A DNA stretch of 64,000 bases, taken from Gemmatales bacterium (GTDB lineage Bacteria; Planctomycetota; Planctomycetia; Gemmatales; HRBIN36). Within the stretch, counting starts at the first letter, position 1, and every line of letters begins with the position of its first letter. Made by a program: the position numbers and the translations under genes. The notes beneath the pieces were generated by a model. It saw only the letters and a program-made list of their open reading frames with translations. It was not told the origin of the DNA and did no database searches. The stretch spans positions 800,001-864,000 of the forward strand of contig JBEPZY010000001.1 in NCBI GenBank assembly GCA_041640595.1. The letters run 5' to 3'. This document shows, in pieces, positions 8,822 through 19,179 of the stretch.

Positions 8822-9718
8822 TCATCCCACCTGGCGAATGGCCGACCGGAGAATCTCGATGCACGCGGCCATATCAGGCACCGGATTATCCGGATGGGCT
8901 TCGTATTCGATGCTGATGTAGCCGCGATGAGCCTTCTCATTAAACTTTACTTCCTTCAGCGCCCGAATGACGGCCACGACATCCAGGGCGCCCTTTCCAT
9001 AGATCACGTCGGTCTTCCGCTGGTTGTCGTGATCTTTGAGATGCAAGCCGAAGTTCCGTTCTCCCATAATGCGGATTTGCTCGGCCGGGTCAAGCTTCTT
9101 GCCCAATTGCGCCGCTCGAATCAAATGCCCGGTATCGAGACAGGTGCCGATCAGCGGGTGGTGATTCTTGACGGCCGCGAGAATGACCTCGGCACTGTAC
9201 CAGCGATGCAGTCCTTTGCCGACCGGCCCATGGGGATGGATGGCGATACTGATTTTGTACTGTTCGCAGAGTTTGTCCAGGCTGTCGAAACTGTCCGGGT
9301 CGGGGTCGGCACTGAAGTGTTTTATACCCAGAGCAGCGCCAAACTCAAAAAGCCGTTTGTTTGCGTCATGGTCTTTGGTGAAACGTTGCACGCCGTAAGC
9401 AATGGGGGTGATGCCATAATCGCTGCACATCCGCAGGATGGCCTTGATTTGCTCAGGCGTGCTATTGGCTGGGCAATGAGCCTGGAAAAACTCCACGTAG
9501 CGAAGGCCCAGTTGTTGAATGCGTTTCAACGCTCCTTCGCGGTCAAAATTGCGGAAACAATAACTTTGGGCCCCGACGATAAAATCACCGAACGAGTTTT
9601 TGGTGTCGGCCTGTTGTGCCCAGGCATTACTCGTCGGTTCGTGGACCGCCCAGCTTAGTCCGCCTATTGCCAGCCCGCTGGCTTGCAGAAATTGCCGCCG
9701 ATTCATCGCTTGGGTCAT
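8822..9718 (-). CDS. Tat-exported sugar phosphate isomerase/epimerase (xylose-isomerase-like TIM barrel)
   Basis: Twin-arginine 'NRRQFL'; 'AIHPHG', 'DTGH', 'HLKD', 'SIEYE'. Confidence 0.85.
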   Translation of the reverse strand: MTQAMNRRQFLQASGLAIGGLSWAVHEPTSNAWAQQADTKNSFGDFIVGAQSYCFRNFDREGALKRIQQLGLRYVEFFQAHCPANSTPEQIKAILRMCSDYGITPIAYGVQRFTKDHDANKRLFEFGAALGIKHFSADPDPDSFDSLDKLCEQYKISIAIHPHGPVGKGLHRWYSAEVILAAVKNHHPLIGTCLDTGHLIRAAQLGKKLDPAEQIRIMGERNFGLHLKDHDNQRKTDVIYGKGALDVVAVIRALKEVKFNEKAHRGYISIEYEAHPDNPVPDMAACIEILRSAIRQVG

Positions 9719-9900
9719 GTCGTGTCTCCTTGGTGGTTCTGGGGGAAATGCGGCAGTCCGAATGGTTGGAGTACACGTTCAGCGTACAACCGAGCAAGCC
9801 GGCGTCAAGCCAACCACAAACGAGTCCCAGTGTGCTGGGCAGATTTCGCAATGGCCAGAGCAAACTCAGCTAGCTGACTGCCTGGGTTGACGATACCCTC

Positions 9901-11241
9901 TCAGCGTTCCGGACGGAAGATTAGAACAAGATGGTAAGCGTCCGCACGCACCTGACCGCGCTGTTGCCGAAACCGCTGGATTTCCTTGCTGGGCGGGTAA
10001 CGCAACGGACTGAATGCTACTGCCTGGGCTACGGCGGGCGGGACCGGCTGCCTCGCGGCTAGCTGTTCCAGCTTACGAAGTGTGTCGTCCGCGACCGTAG
10101 GGTCGGCAGCAGGAGATGGCGACGTGTCTGCTTCGGGAAGCAAGCCGGTCGGCAAACCCAACAACTCCGCCAGCCGTTGCCGAACTTCCGGAACCACAGG
10201 CTGGGCCAGTATGCTGCGGATTTGTGCTTCGCTCGGGGACTTGCCAGCACCGCGAACGTCTTCGCGATGCAAAGCGAGTAACAAGTCCCCTGCCTGGGCC
10301 CGGCTGAGATTTTCAACATAGACGAAAAAGACAGTGTTCTGGTGGTGATCCCAGAATTTTTTCAGCCGGCTGTCCAGCAGGACTGGAATCTTCTGACTTC
10401 GGAAAGCTGCCTGCACCCGCTCCCAGGTACGCCGACCGTCACGACAGGAAACATCCAGGACGAGGAACCGCTTGGTACCCAAAAGTTGCTGCACCTCGTT
10501 TTGACCGAAGTTTTGCCAGCTGAAGATGGGAGGCAAACTAAACTCCAGAGAACGGAACATCTGCCGATTGGTGTCGCGCAGAGGGCTGGTCAGTACAGCG
10601 GGATTACCGATGTCAGGCACCGCTGGGTTCCAATCACCGAGCACCAGCGGTTCCAGTTCGTTCCAGGCGGCTCGGGCCAGTTCATTAAGCGGCTCGATGG
10701 ACTGGGCCAATAATTGTTGCCAGCTCTCCCCTGCCCTAACGCTCTCCTGCCAGCCAGTACGCAGCTTCTGCTCAAGTTCGGCCCAGGTGTGCTTGGCTAA
10801 TTGATTCGCGTCAGATGCCACGGGCCCAGGTCTATCAAAATCTTGCTGTTGCGGCTGCGACTGGCTCGACGATGCCACAGAAGGCGATTCTGGTCTTGTC
10901 AAAATTTGACTGAGCAAGGCAAACGTGCCCCAGGCGATAAACGGTAGCAGCGCCGCCGCAACTGCTACCGGTGCCCAGCGACGGATACGTAACCGCCACA
11001 ATTGCCGTCGAGCCAACCTGGCCACTTCTTCGCGCAGGATCGCAACTACGCGGTCAGCGAAAGCCGTCGGCAATTGCTCCCGTCGCAGATACTTCAACCG
11101 CAGCGAGTCGCTGACCAGATCGGAGAAAAGCTGACGTGCTTCAACGGAGGTTCGCAACAGCAGTTCTGCGCGTTCTTTCTCCGCCGCGCTCAGAACGCCG
11201 TCCAAGTAGGCGGTCAGCAACTGTTTTTCTGCCTCGGTCAT
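9901..11241 (-). CDS. Putative single-pass anti-sigma factor
   Basis: N-terminal 'LLTAYLDGVLS...ARQLF' resembles an anti-sigma domain lacking Zn ligands; one TM helix; 21 nt downstream of the ECF sigma gene. Confidence 0.7.
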   Translation of the reverse strand: MTEAEKQLLTAYLDGVLSAAEKERAELLLRTSVEARQLFSDLVSDSLRLKYLRREQLPTAFADRVVAILREEVARLARRQLWRLRIRRWAPVAVAAALLPFIAWGTFALLSQILTRPESPSVASSSQSQPQQQDFDRPGPVASDANQLAKHTWAELEQKLRTGWQESVRAGESWQQLLAQSIEPLNELARAAWNELEPLVLGDWNPAVPDIGNPAVLTSPLRDTNRQMFRSLEFSLPPIFSWQNFGQNEVQQLLGTKRFLVLDVSCRDGRRTWERVQAAFRSQKIPVLLDSRLKKFWDHHQNTVFFVYVENLSRAQAGDLLLALHREDVRGAGKSPSEAQIRSILAQPVVPEVRQRLAELLGLPTGLLPEADTSPSPAADPTVADDTLRKLEQLAARQPVPPAVAQAVAFSPLRYPPSKEIQRFRQQRGQVRADAYHLVLIFRPER

Positions 11242-11262
11242 GGCTGTTTATTCCGTATGCCC

Positions 11263-11865
11263 TTATCTCTGCAATTCCGGCAAATAGGTCGAGTTGGCGC
11301 TATCTTTTTCCATTTCCTCCAGCAATCGCCGCAATTCGAGGCGTGCACGGTGAAGGCGACTGCGAACCGTGCCAATCGGGATGTCCAGCACCTCGGCAAT
11401 TTCCTCGTAGCTAAGTTCGTCCATGTCGCGGAGGATCAAAACCAGGCGATACTCGCTGGAGAGCTTGGCCAGGGCTTGTTGCAGGCGTTCGTCCTCTTCC
11501 CTGCGCTGCAAATGCCAGTCTGGGCTGGCCGAAACCGACCGATCCGGCGGCTCGTTGGGGTGTGCTGAATCCTCTGCTTCTGGCAAGGCCCGTGAAGTTT
11601 TTGCCCGTCGCTTCAAGTCCAGGGCGTGATTCAGAGCAATCCGGTAGAGCCAGGTAAAAAATTGCGAGCGACCGCGAAATTTTTTCAGATTGCGAAATGC
11701 GCTCAGGAAGGCCTCCTGAGCGACATCGCGGGCATCCTCCGGATTGCCGAGGAAGCGAAAAAGAGCATTGTAAAGGCGATCCTGGTAGCGGCGCACCAGC
11801 TCGCCAAAGGCTTCCACGTGGCCCTGCAAGCAGCGGTCAATCAGAAGGCGATCTTCGTCGGCCAC
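11263..11865 (-). CDS. ECF RNA polymerase sigma-70 factor
   Basis: 'DARDVAQEAFL', 'FFTWLYRIALN', 'SYEEIAEVLDIPIGTVRSRLHRAR'. Confidence 0.95.
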   Translation of the reverse strand: MADEDRLLIDRCLQGHVEAFGELVRRYQDRLYNALFRFLGNPEDARDVAQEAFLSAFRNLKKFRGRSQFFTWLYRIALNHALDLKRRAKTSRALPEAEDSAHPNEPPDRSVSASPDWHLQRREEDERLQQALAKLSSEYRLVLILRDMDELSYEEIAEVLDIPIGTVRSRLHRARLELRRLLEEMEKDSANSTYLPELQR

Positions 11866-11878
11866 GCCTTCCCTCTCT

Positions 11879-11907
11879 TTAGACGTGGGCGGGCGACGCC
11901 GAGTTCC
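11879..11907 (-). promoter_or_regulatory. Putative autoregulatory ECF promoter
   Basis: Minus strand GGAACT-N16-CGTCTAA directly upstream of the ECF sigma gene; matches the 'AAC' -35 / 'CGT' -10 ECF pattern. Confidence 0.7.
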
Positions 11908-12034
11908 CTGCGACGGTTGCTAGCGCTAGCATACAATGATTTCCGGTCAACGGGTATCTCTTGCCTCTGGTTGCAGTTCTGAAAAGCCAACACGCCCGGG
12001 CAGCAGCTTTTCCTCTGTAATAATCCTAGCAGCA

Positions 12035-15000
12035 ATGGAAACGAGCAAGATTGTCATCCGCGGTGCACGCGAGCATAATCTGCAAAATGTTTGCCTGGAA
12101 TTACCACGCAATCGCCTGATCGTGTTCACCGGGGTAAGTGGCTCAGGCAAAAGCTCGCTGGCTTTCGACACTCTTTATGCCGAAGGACAACGGCGTTACC
12201 TGGAGTCGCTGTCCAGCTATGCGCGACAGTTTCTAGGCCAGCTGCAAAAGCCAGACGTGGACTATCTCGGCGGACTTTCGCCGTCCATCAGCATCCAGCA
12301 AAAAACGGCCGGACGCAATCCTCGTTCGACCGTAGGAACGATTACCGAAATTTACGACCTGCTGCGTGTCTTATTTGCCCGAGTGGGACGGGGTCATTGT
12401 CCGCGATGCGGCCGACCAGTCCAGGCCCAGAGCCGCGACCAGATCGTCGAGCAGATTCTGGCATTACCCGAGCGTACCCGTATCCTCGTCCTCGCGCCGG
12501 TGATTCGTGAGCAAAAGGGGGAATACAAGGATTTGTTTGCGGAAATGTTACGCCGCGGTTACCTGCGAGCGCGGGTGGATGGCCAGCTGGTGCGCATTAC
12601 CGAGGAATTGCGCCTGGATCGTCAGCTCAAGCACAACATCGAGATCGTAGTGGATCGCATCATGGTTGAAGCAAAAGCGCGAAGCCGAATTGCCGATGCG
12701 GTCGAACAGGCTCTCCAGCTCAGCGACGGTACCTTGCTGGTTCTAGTCGAGCCTGAAGAAACTGTGGACACTCGTGCGCGGCGTAATTCCGAGCAGGAAA
12801 GCAACCAGTCACTGCGGTCGAGGGAGATGCTGCTCTCGGCGAAATATGCCTGCGCCCATTGCCAGGTGAGTTACGATCCGCCGTCGCCGCAACTATTCAG
12901 TTTCAACAGCCCGCAGGGGATGTGCCGCGAGTGCGAGGGACTGGGCGAAAAATACGATTTCGACCCGGCGCTGCTGGTGCCCGACCCGAATCTGAGTTTT
13001 GCTGAAGGTGCGGTCGAAATTATCGGGCCTCTCCATGCCATGGGACGGTGGCGCCGCCACATTTTCGAGGGTGTCGCAGAGTCGCTCGGAATTGACCTGA
13101 ATCGCCCCTGGAAGAAACTGCCAGCACAACATCGGCACTGGCTGCTTTATGGAAGCGGCGACCGCCAAATCCTGTTTACCTGGCGTGGCCGAGATCATGT
13201 CTGGAAGCATTATGGCCAGTGGGAGGGGATAATTCCGCAACTGCTCCGCAGCTTCAAGAAAACTCCTACTGGGCCCCGACGTTTACAGCTGGAAAAGTAC
13301 ATGCGGATTGTCCCCTGCGCTGCCTGCCGAGGAACCCGCCTCAATCCGCAGGCTCGCTCGGTACGTGTTGGAGGCAAAACATTACCCGAAGTGTGTGCCC
13401 TTCCAATTGGTCAACTGGCGCGCTGGTTTGCCGTGCCCCAGTCCAACGATGACAGCAGCGATTATCTCGTTCGCCATCTCACGCCGCTGGAACAACATAT
13501 CGCTTCTGAGGTGCTCAAGGAAATTCGCACACGGTTACAGTTCCTGACCGATGTCGGTTTGCACTATCTGACGCTGGATCGGCCGGCACCCAGTTTGTCC
13601 GGTGGCGAGGCTCAGCGTATTCGGCTGGCGCGACAGATCGGAAGTGGGCTGGTGGGTGTGCTTTACATTCTCGACGAACCCAGCATTGGCCTGCATCCGC
13701 GTGATAACGCTCGCCTGCTGGCCAGCTTGAAGCAGCTCCGCGACATGGGCAACACGGTGGTGGTCGTGGAACACGATGAAGACACCATTCGGGCTGCCGA
13801 TTATGTGGTGGATTTCGGACCTGGTGCAGGTGTGCGTGGCGGTCGAATCGTCGCCTGCGGCAGTGTGGACGACATTTGTCAGCATCCGGAGAGCTTGACC
13901 GGGCAGTACCTGAGTGGCCGCAAACAGATACCGATTCCGCAAAGCCGTCGGTCTCCGGGAAAGGAACGGCTCCGCATTTACGGAGCCTGTCATAATAATC
14001 TCAAAAACATTGACGTGGAAATCCCCTTGGGTCTATTCGTTTGTGTAACCGGAGTGAGCGGTTCGGGGAAAAGCTCTTTAGTGAACGACGTGTTGTTACG
14101 AGCGTTGCGAAGGCACCTGAATAAAAACGACAGCGATGACGAAGACGACGAAACGAGCTTGCGACGGATTTTGCCTCCTGGTCGGCATCGAAAAATTACG
14201 GGCTTGCAGTATCTCGATAAAGTAATCGCCGTGGACCAATCTCCCATCGGGAGAACGCCGCGATCGAACCCGGCGACGTACATCAAGGTGTTTGACGAAA
14301 TCCGGCAATTGTTCGCAAGTTTGCCGACGGCCCGAGTTCGCGGATACAAACCAGGACGCTTTAGCTTCAACGTTCCGGGCGGACGATGCGAAGCCTGTCA
14401 GGGACACGGAGCGAATCGCCTGGAAATGGACTTTCTCGCCGATATCTGGGTGCCATGCGAAGTTTGCGAGGGACGACGCTTCAACCGTGAAACCCTGCAG
14501 GTCGAATTCAAGGGAAAGAACATCCACGAGGTGCTCCAGCTCGACGTGCAGGAAGCTCTGGAGCTGTTTGCCAATCAACCCAAAATCCGCGCCATGTTGC
14601 AGACCTTGCACGACGTTGGCTTGGATTACATCAAACTGGGACAACCTTCTCCCACGCTATCGGGTGGCGAAGCCCAGCGGATCAAACTCGCCCGGGAACT
14701 CTGCCGCAAAAGCACCGGCCGAACACTGTACATTCTGGACGAGCCAACGACTGGCTTGCACTTTGACGACATTGCCAAGCTTTTGCGTGTTCTGCACGAA
14801 CTGGTAGATCGCGGCAACACCGTTGTGGTGATTGAGCACAATCTCGAAGTTATCAAGACCGCCGACTGGGTCATTGATCTGGGCCCGGAAGGCGGTGAGG
14901 CCGGTGGTTACGTTGTCTGCGTCGGGCCGCCCGAAGCCATTGCTCAATGTCCGCAGTCTTATACCGGCCAGGCCTTGCAGCGTGTTTTAAACCCGGTAGC

Positions 15001-18000
15001 TCCCACCGCAATGCCAGCCGAAAAGGCCCGGGCACGCAGGTCTCGCCGCGAGCAAACTTCCGTTCCGTCACGTGAGCAAACTTCGACTTCGGATGCAAGT
15101 GATGCGCGAACCTCCGCCATCACCCACATCACCGTCCGGGGGGCTCAGCAGCATAACCTGAAAAACATTTCGGTTGCCCTGCCCCGCGAGCAGATGACGG
15201 TATTTTGCGGCCCGAGCGGTTCCGGCAAGACCTCTCTGGCGGTGGACACCATTTATGCTGAGGGACAGCGGCGGTACATCGAATCCCTCTCCGCTTATGC
15301 CCGACAGTTCCTGGGCGGCATTCAGAAGCCGAAGGTGGAACAAATCACAGGACTCTCGCCGGCCGTTTGTATCGAGCAGAAAAACACCAGCAAAAGTCCC
15401 CGTTCGACGGTGGGAACGGTTACGGAAATCCATGACTATTTGCGCGTGCTTTACGCCCGGCTTGGACAAATGTATTGCCCGCGTTGCCAGGTACCGGTCA
15501 GCACCCAGACCGCGGACCAGATCATAGACCGTTTGCTGAGTTTTCCGGAAGGCACCAGGCTTTACATTCTGGCCCCGCTAGAACGGCGCGAAACCGAGTC
15601 CTACGCCGATTTGTGGGAAGAAGTGCGGCGTGCCGGTTTCGTTCGAGTCCGAGTAGATGGGAAAACCTACACTCTGGAAGAAGTGCCGAACTTGGATCGT
15701 CGCCGGCGGCACGAGGTGCAGGTGGTCGTGGACCGGGCGGTGGTACGCGGCAACCAACGGTCACGCCTAGCCGATGCGGTGGAGCAGGCGCTCGAAGTGG
15801 GCTGCGGTGTTTTGCAGGTGGCGATAGTCGAGGACGGCCTGCCCGAGGAACGCTGGCGGCAGCAACAATTCAGCCAGCACCTGGCCTGTCATCAATGCGG
15901 GCGTGGCTTCGAGCCCCTCAACCCGCATCACTTTTCCTTCAACAGTCCGCTGGGCTGGTGCCCGGCCTGCGAAGGCCTGGGCGTCCAGCAGGGCGCTAAT
16001 CCCCATGCACTAATCCGCGATGCCGGTCGCAGTTTACGCGAAGGTGCGATTGTCGGCTGGTCGGACTTACGAGATTCGCTCTTCGGGCAAATCATGGAAG
16101 CAGTGGCCCGACATCACGGTTTGCCCCTGGATGTTCCGCTTCGCCAACTGGAGCCTGCTGCCCGGCGCATCCTTTTCTACGGAGGCGGGAATGTAAGCGT
16201 CGCTGTCAATCCGCTGTCAACGCCTACCGAAAAACTCCATGCGAATGATACTTGCGGCGACGCCTCGCAACCTGGTGAATTCGGAGATGCGTCTGGACGC
16301 TTCTGGGTTGAATACAAGGGGTTGTTTCCAGCACTGGAGGAGGCCGCGCGGATCAGTCCTGTCTGGCGACAGCGTCTGGAAGCGTTGATTAGCGACGTAC
16401 CTTGCTCGGTGTGCCAGGGAGCCCGACTCCGCGACGATGCCGCGGCGGTTCGCTTCCGCGGAAAAACCTTGCACGAGCTGGGAGAACTGCCGCTCGGCCA
16501 GGCCCTTGCCTTTTTCCGCGAACTACGCTTATCCCACCGGGAACAGCAGATCGCCGGCGAACTGGTACGGGAAATTGAGCAACGTTTGCAGTTCCTTGTG
16601 GACGTTGGTCTGGATTACCTGACGCTGAATCGCCCGGCACCGACTTTGTCTGGCGGGGAAGCACAGCGAATCCAGCTTGCCGCGCAACTGGGAAGCGGCC
16701 TGACCGGCGTCCTCTACGTGCTCGATGAACCGACCATCGGTTTGCATCCCCGTGACAATCGCCGCCTGATTCGCGCTTTGAAACAGCTACGCGACCTAGG
16801 CAACACGCTGATTTTGGTCGAACACGATCGCGAGGTGATTGCCACCGCCGATTACCTTGTAGATTTCGGTCCCGGTGCCGGTGACCGGGGTGGTGAGATT
16901 GTCGCCCATGGTTGCCCTGAGGCCGTCCAGAAACAGGAGCATTCGCTGACCGGGCAGTACCTCAGCGGCCGTCAGGCTATCCCGGTACCGACATCTCGCA
17001 GACCGCCCGCGCCGGACCGCTGGTTAATCGTGCGGGGAGCCCGACAAAACAACCTGAAAAACCTGGATGTCGCTTTTCCTCTGGGCTGCCTGATAGCAGT
17101 AACCGGGGTGAGTGGTTCAGGCAAAAGCTCGCTGGTGCAAGAAGTTCTGTATAACACGCTGGCTCGCAAATTGCATCGGGCTCGCACTCCGGTTGCCGCC
17201 TGCGATGACATCCTGGGCATTGAACACCTGGACAAGGTCATCAACGTGGATCAGAGCCCAATCGGTTCGACTCCGGCCTCGAACCCGGCCACGTACACTG
17301 GTGTGTTCGACCTGCTGCGTGAACTGTACGCCCAGCTACCGGAAGCCCGTGTTCGTGGTTACACGGCTCGCCGTTTCAGTTTCAATCGCCCGGGAGGTCG
17401 CTGCGAGGCTTGCGAGGGTAATGGCCAGAAACGTATCGAGATGCATTTCCTTCCCGATGTTTGGGTGGAATGCGAGGTGTGTCGCGGTAGCCGATATAAC
17501 GCTGAAACACTGCAAGTCCGTTACAAGGGCTATAGCATCAGCGACGTGTTGAACATGCGGGTGAGCCAGGCGCTGGAGGTGTTTGCTTCTTTTCCGCGTA
17601 TCCGCCGCATTTTACAAACCCTGGCCGATGTCGGGCTCGATTACGTCGCATTAGGCCAGCCAGCGCCAACTTTGTCCGGCGGGGAAGCGCAGCGCGTGAA
17701 GCTCGCCGCCGAACTGGCCCGACCGAACACTGGTCGAACCCTGTATATCCTCGATGAGCCGACCACCGGTTTGCATTTCGAAGACATCCGCAAACTGTTG
17801 GAGGTGCTGCATCGCTTGGTAGATCTGGGCAATACGGTCGTCGTTATCGAACACAACCTGGACGTCATCAAAACCGCGGATTGGGTCATTGATCTCGGTC
17901 CCGAAGCAGGCGACGCAGGTGGCTATGTGGTCGCCTGCGGGACGCCGGAAGACGTGACCAGTGGTCGCCAACCAACCACCGCTCCGCCGAAACTGCCCGA

Positions 18001-19123
18001 TGGATCGCTGCTCACCTGGCCGGACGGTAGTCTGCCATCGCATACACGTCCATTTCTGGCCGAAACACTCGAGCGCAGTCCCCGTGCGGATCGGCGACCC
18101 GTGGTGGTTGAGTCGGAAGAATCGGTGCCGACGGCCAGCGATGATCTCCCCGCTGTGCTTGCACCCTGGGAAGCAGATGGCGTGCGCTGGCATACTCAGG
18201 AACGCCATAGCAGCGACGGTCAACCCTGCCGATGGGATGGCCGTATTCTGCTCTGGCTCGATGAAAAAATTCACCAGCTCGGCGAATTCGCACCCACGGA
18301 CTGGAATCACCGCACACGGGTCGAGATTGCCTGGAAGGAACGCAGCAAGGGTTGGTTTTTGCATGCTTACACCGGAGATGCCTGGCTGGTCTGGTTGAGC
18401 TTTCGCGTGGCTCGTAACACGTTCCGCCAGGAGCAGCTGGAGGCGCAATTGGGCATTCGGCCCTGCAGCGAAACGCCTGGCCTGGAGGGTCTTGGCGACG
18501 CTCCGCGAGTGCGTGTGCAGAATCAGCGCGGTCCCTGGCAACAGGTCGAGTTGGGCGTGCACCGCCTCTCTGAAATTCAGAGCAAGGCTTTTGGCCAGTT
18601 CCTCAAACAGGCCGTCCAATCGTTCAGCCGCCAGATGCAATTGTTGTCACGTAAACCCGAAGACTTCATGCCCTGGAAAGTAGATGGCAAACGCTGGCAT
18701 CTGTCTGCGAAGGGCTTTCCGCCTGGTCAAGAGCGTCAGTGGCCTGCTTCGCTTTTATCCGCGCTGGTGGTATGGGTGCAGAAAGCGGTGCCCGATGTGG
18801 TTTTCGACTGGGGCTACCGCGATGCCGTGGTATTGCGCTTACCAGATATTCGCCGACCCTGGGCACGCTGGCGAACGAAGCAACCAGATTACCTGGAGTG
18901 TGCCTTTGCTGTGCCGAAAGGAAGCTGGAACCTGGCCCAGCTGGAACGACTCACTGCCGGGTTCGATCTGGACACTGATCATCGTGACGTGGATGTCGTC
19001 CGCTGGCGCTTCACCCGCGAAGAAGAGTTGGTCGGTTCGACAGCCCAGGAGTTATTCCGTGCCCTGGCGGAGTCGTTTCGCCGACAATTTGGCGTCTCGC
19101 CTTCGGCCAAGATAGACAAATAA
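12035..19123 (+). CDS. uvrA: Excinuclease ABC subunit A, tandemly duplicated (four ABC ATPase domains) with a C-terminal extension
   Basis: Walker A GVSGSGKS (x3) and GPSGSGKT; four 'LSGGEAQR' signatures; CxxC zinc fingers; two 'SLAFDTLYAEGQRRY'-type starts. Confidence 0.97.
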   Translation: METSKIVIRGAREHNLQNVCLELPRNRLIVFTGVSGSGKSSLAFDTLYAEGQRRYLESLSSYARQFLGQLQKPDVDYLGGLSPSISIQQKTAGRNPRSTVGTITEIYDLLRVLFARVGRGHCPRCGRPVQAQSRDQIVEQILALPERTRILVLAPVIREQKGEYKDLFAEMLRRGYLRARVDGQLVRITEELRLDRQLKHNIEIVVDRIMVEAKARSRIADAVEQALQLSDGTLLVLVEPEETVDTRARRNSEQESNQSLRSREMLLSAKYACAHCQVSYDPPSPQLFSFNSPQGMCRECEGLGEKYDFDPALLVPDPNLSFAEGAVEIIGPLHAMGRWRRHIFEGVAESLGIDLNRPWKKLPAQHRHWLLYGSGDRQILFTWRGRDHVWKHYGQWEGIIPQLLRSFKKTPTGPRRLQLEKYMRIVPCAACRGTRLNPQARSVRVGGKTLPEVCALPIGQLARWFAVPQSNDDSSDYLVRHLTPLEQHIASEVLKEIRTRLQFLTDVGLHYLTLDRPAPSLSGGEAQRIRLARQIGSGLVGVLYILDEPSIGLHPRDNARLLASLKQLRDMGNTVVVVEHDEDTIRAADYVVDFGPGAGVRGGRIVACGSVDDICQHPESLTGQYLSGRKQIPIPQSRRSPGKERLRIYGACHNNLKNIDVEIPLGLFVCVTGVSGSGKSSLVNDVLLRALRRHLNKNDSDDEDDETSLRRILPPGRHRKITGLQYLDKVIAVDQSPIGRTPRSNPATYIKVFDEIRQLFASLPTARVRGYKPGRFSFNVPGGRCEACQGHGANRLEMDFLADIWVPCEVCEGRRFNRETLQVEFKGKNIHEVLQLDVQEALELFANQPKIRAMLQTLHDVGLDYIKLGQPSPTLSGGEAQRIKLARELCRKSTGRTLYILDEPTTGLHFDDIAKLLRVLHELVDRGNTVVVIEHNLEVIKTADWVIDLGPEGGEAGGYVVCVGPPEAIAQCPQSYTGQALQRVLNPVAPTAMPAEKARARRSRREQTSVPSREQTSTSDASDARTSAITHITVRGAQQHNLKNISVALPREQMTVFCGPSGSGKTSLAVDTIYAEGQRRYIESLSAYARQFLGGIQKPKVEQITGLSPAVCIEQKNTSKSPRSTVGTVTEIHDYLRVLYARLGQMYCPRCQVPVSTQTADQIIDRLLSFPEGTRLYILAPLERRETESYADLWEEVRRAGFVRVRVDGKTYTLEEVPNLDRRRRHEVQVVVDRAVVRGNQRSRLADAVEQALEVGCGVLQVAIVEDGLPEERWRQQQFSQHLACHQCGRGFEPLNPHHFSFNSPLGWCPACEGLGVQQGANPHALIRDAGRSLREGAIVGWSDLRDSLFGQIMEAVARHHGLPLDVPLRQLEPAARRILFYGGGNVSVAVNPLSTPTEKLHANDTCGDASQPGEFGDASGRFWVEYKGLFPALEEAARISPVWRQRLEALISDVPCSVCQGARLRDDAAAVRFRGKTLHELGELPLGQALAFFRELRLSHREQQIAGELVREIEQRLQFLVDVGLDYLTLNRPAPTLSGGEAQRIQLAAQLGSGLTGVLYVLDEPTIGLHPRDNRRLIRALKQLRDLGNTLILVEHDREVIATADYLVDFGPGAGDRGGEIVAHGCPEAVQKQEHSLTGQYLSGRQAIPVPTSRRPPAPDRWLIVRGARQNNLKNLDVAFPLGCLIAVTGVSGSGKSSLVQEVLYNTLARKLHRARTPVAACDDILGIEHLDKVINVDQSPIGSTPASNPATYTGVFDLLRELYAQLPEARVRGYTARRFSFNRPGGRCEACEGNGQKRIEMHFLPDVWVECEVCRGSRYNAETLQVRYKGYSISDVLNMRVSQALEVFASFPRIRRILQTLADVGLDYVALGQPAPTLSGGEAQRVKLAAELARPNTGRTLYILDEPTTGLHFEDIRKLLEVLHRLVDLGNTVVVIEHNLDVIKTADWVIDLGPEAGDAGGYVVACGTPEDVTSGRQPTTAPPKLPDGSLLTWPDGSLPSHTRPFLAETLERSPRADRRPVVVESEESVPTASDDLPAVLAPWEADGVRWHTQERHSSDGQPCRWDGRILLWLDEKIHQLGEFAPTDWNHRTRVEIAWKERSKGWFLHAYTGDAWLVWLSFRVARNTFRQEQLEAQLGIRPCSETPGLEGLGDAPRVRVQNQRGPWQQVELGVHRLSEIQSKAFGQFLKQAVQSFSRQMQLLSRKPEDFMPWKVDGKRWHLSAKGFPPGQERQWPASLLSALVVWVQKAVPDVVFDWGYRDAVVLRLPDIRRPWARWRTKQPDYLECAFAVPKGSWNLAQLERLTAGFDLDTDHRDVDVVRWRFTREEELVGSTAQELFRALAESFRRQFGVSPSAKIDK

Positions 19124-19179
19124 GCGGCAGGAACACGGCGGCTGTGTATATGACAGTTGGGATTCTGACTATGCTGGCG

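Noticed and set aside
11936..12034. ORF-track N-terminal extensions (uvrA from 11936; also 979, 23130, 25330, 48759, 58101)
   Set aside because: Family homology, signal peptides or RBS positions point to downstream starts; the extensions run into promoters or neighbouring genes.
15048..15086. Short repeat encoding REQTS twice in uvrA
   Set aside because: A small in-frame duplication in the low-complexity linker between the two UvrA halves; no sign of function.
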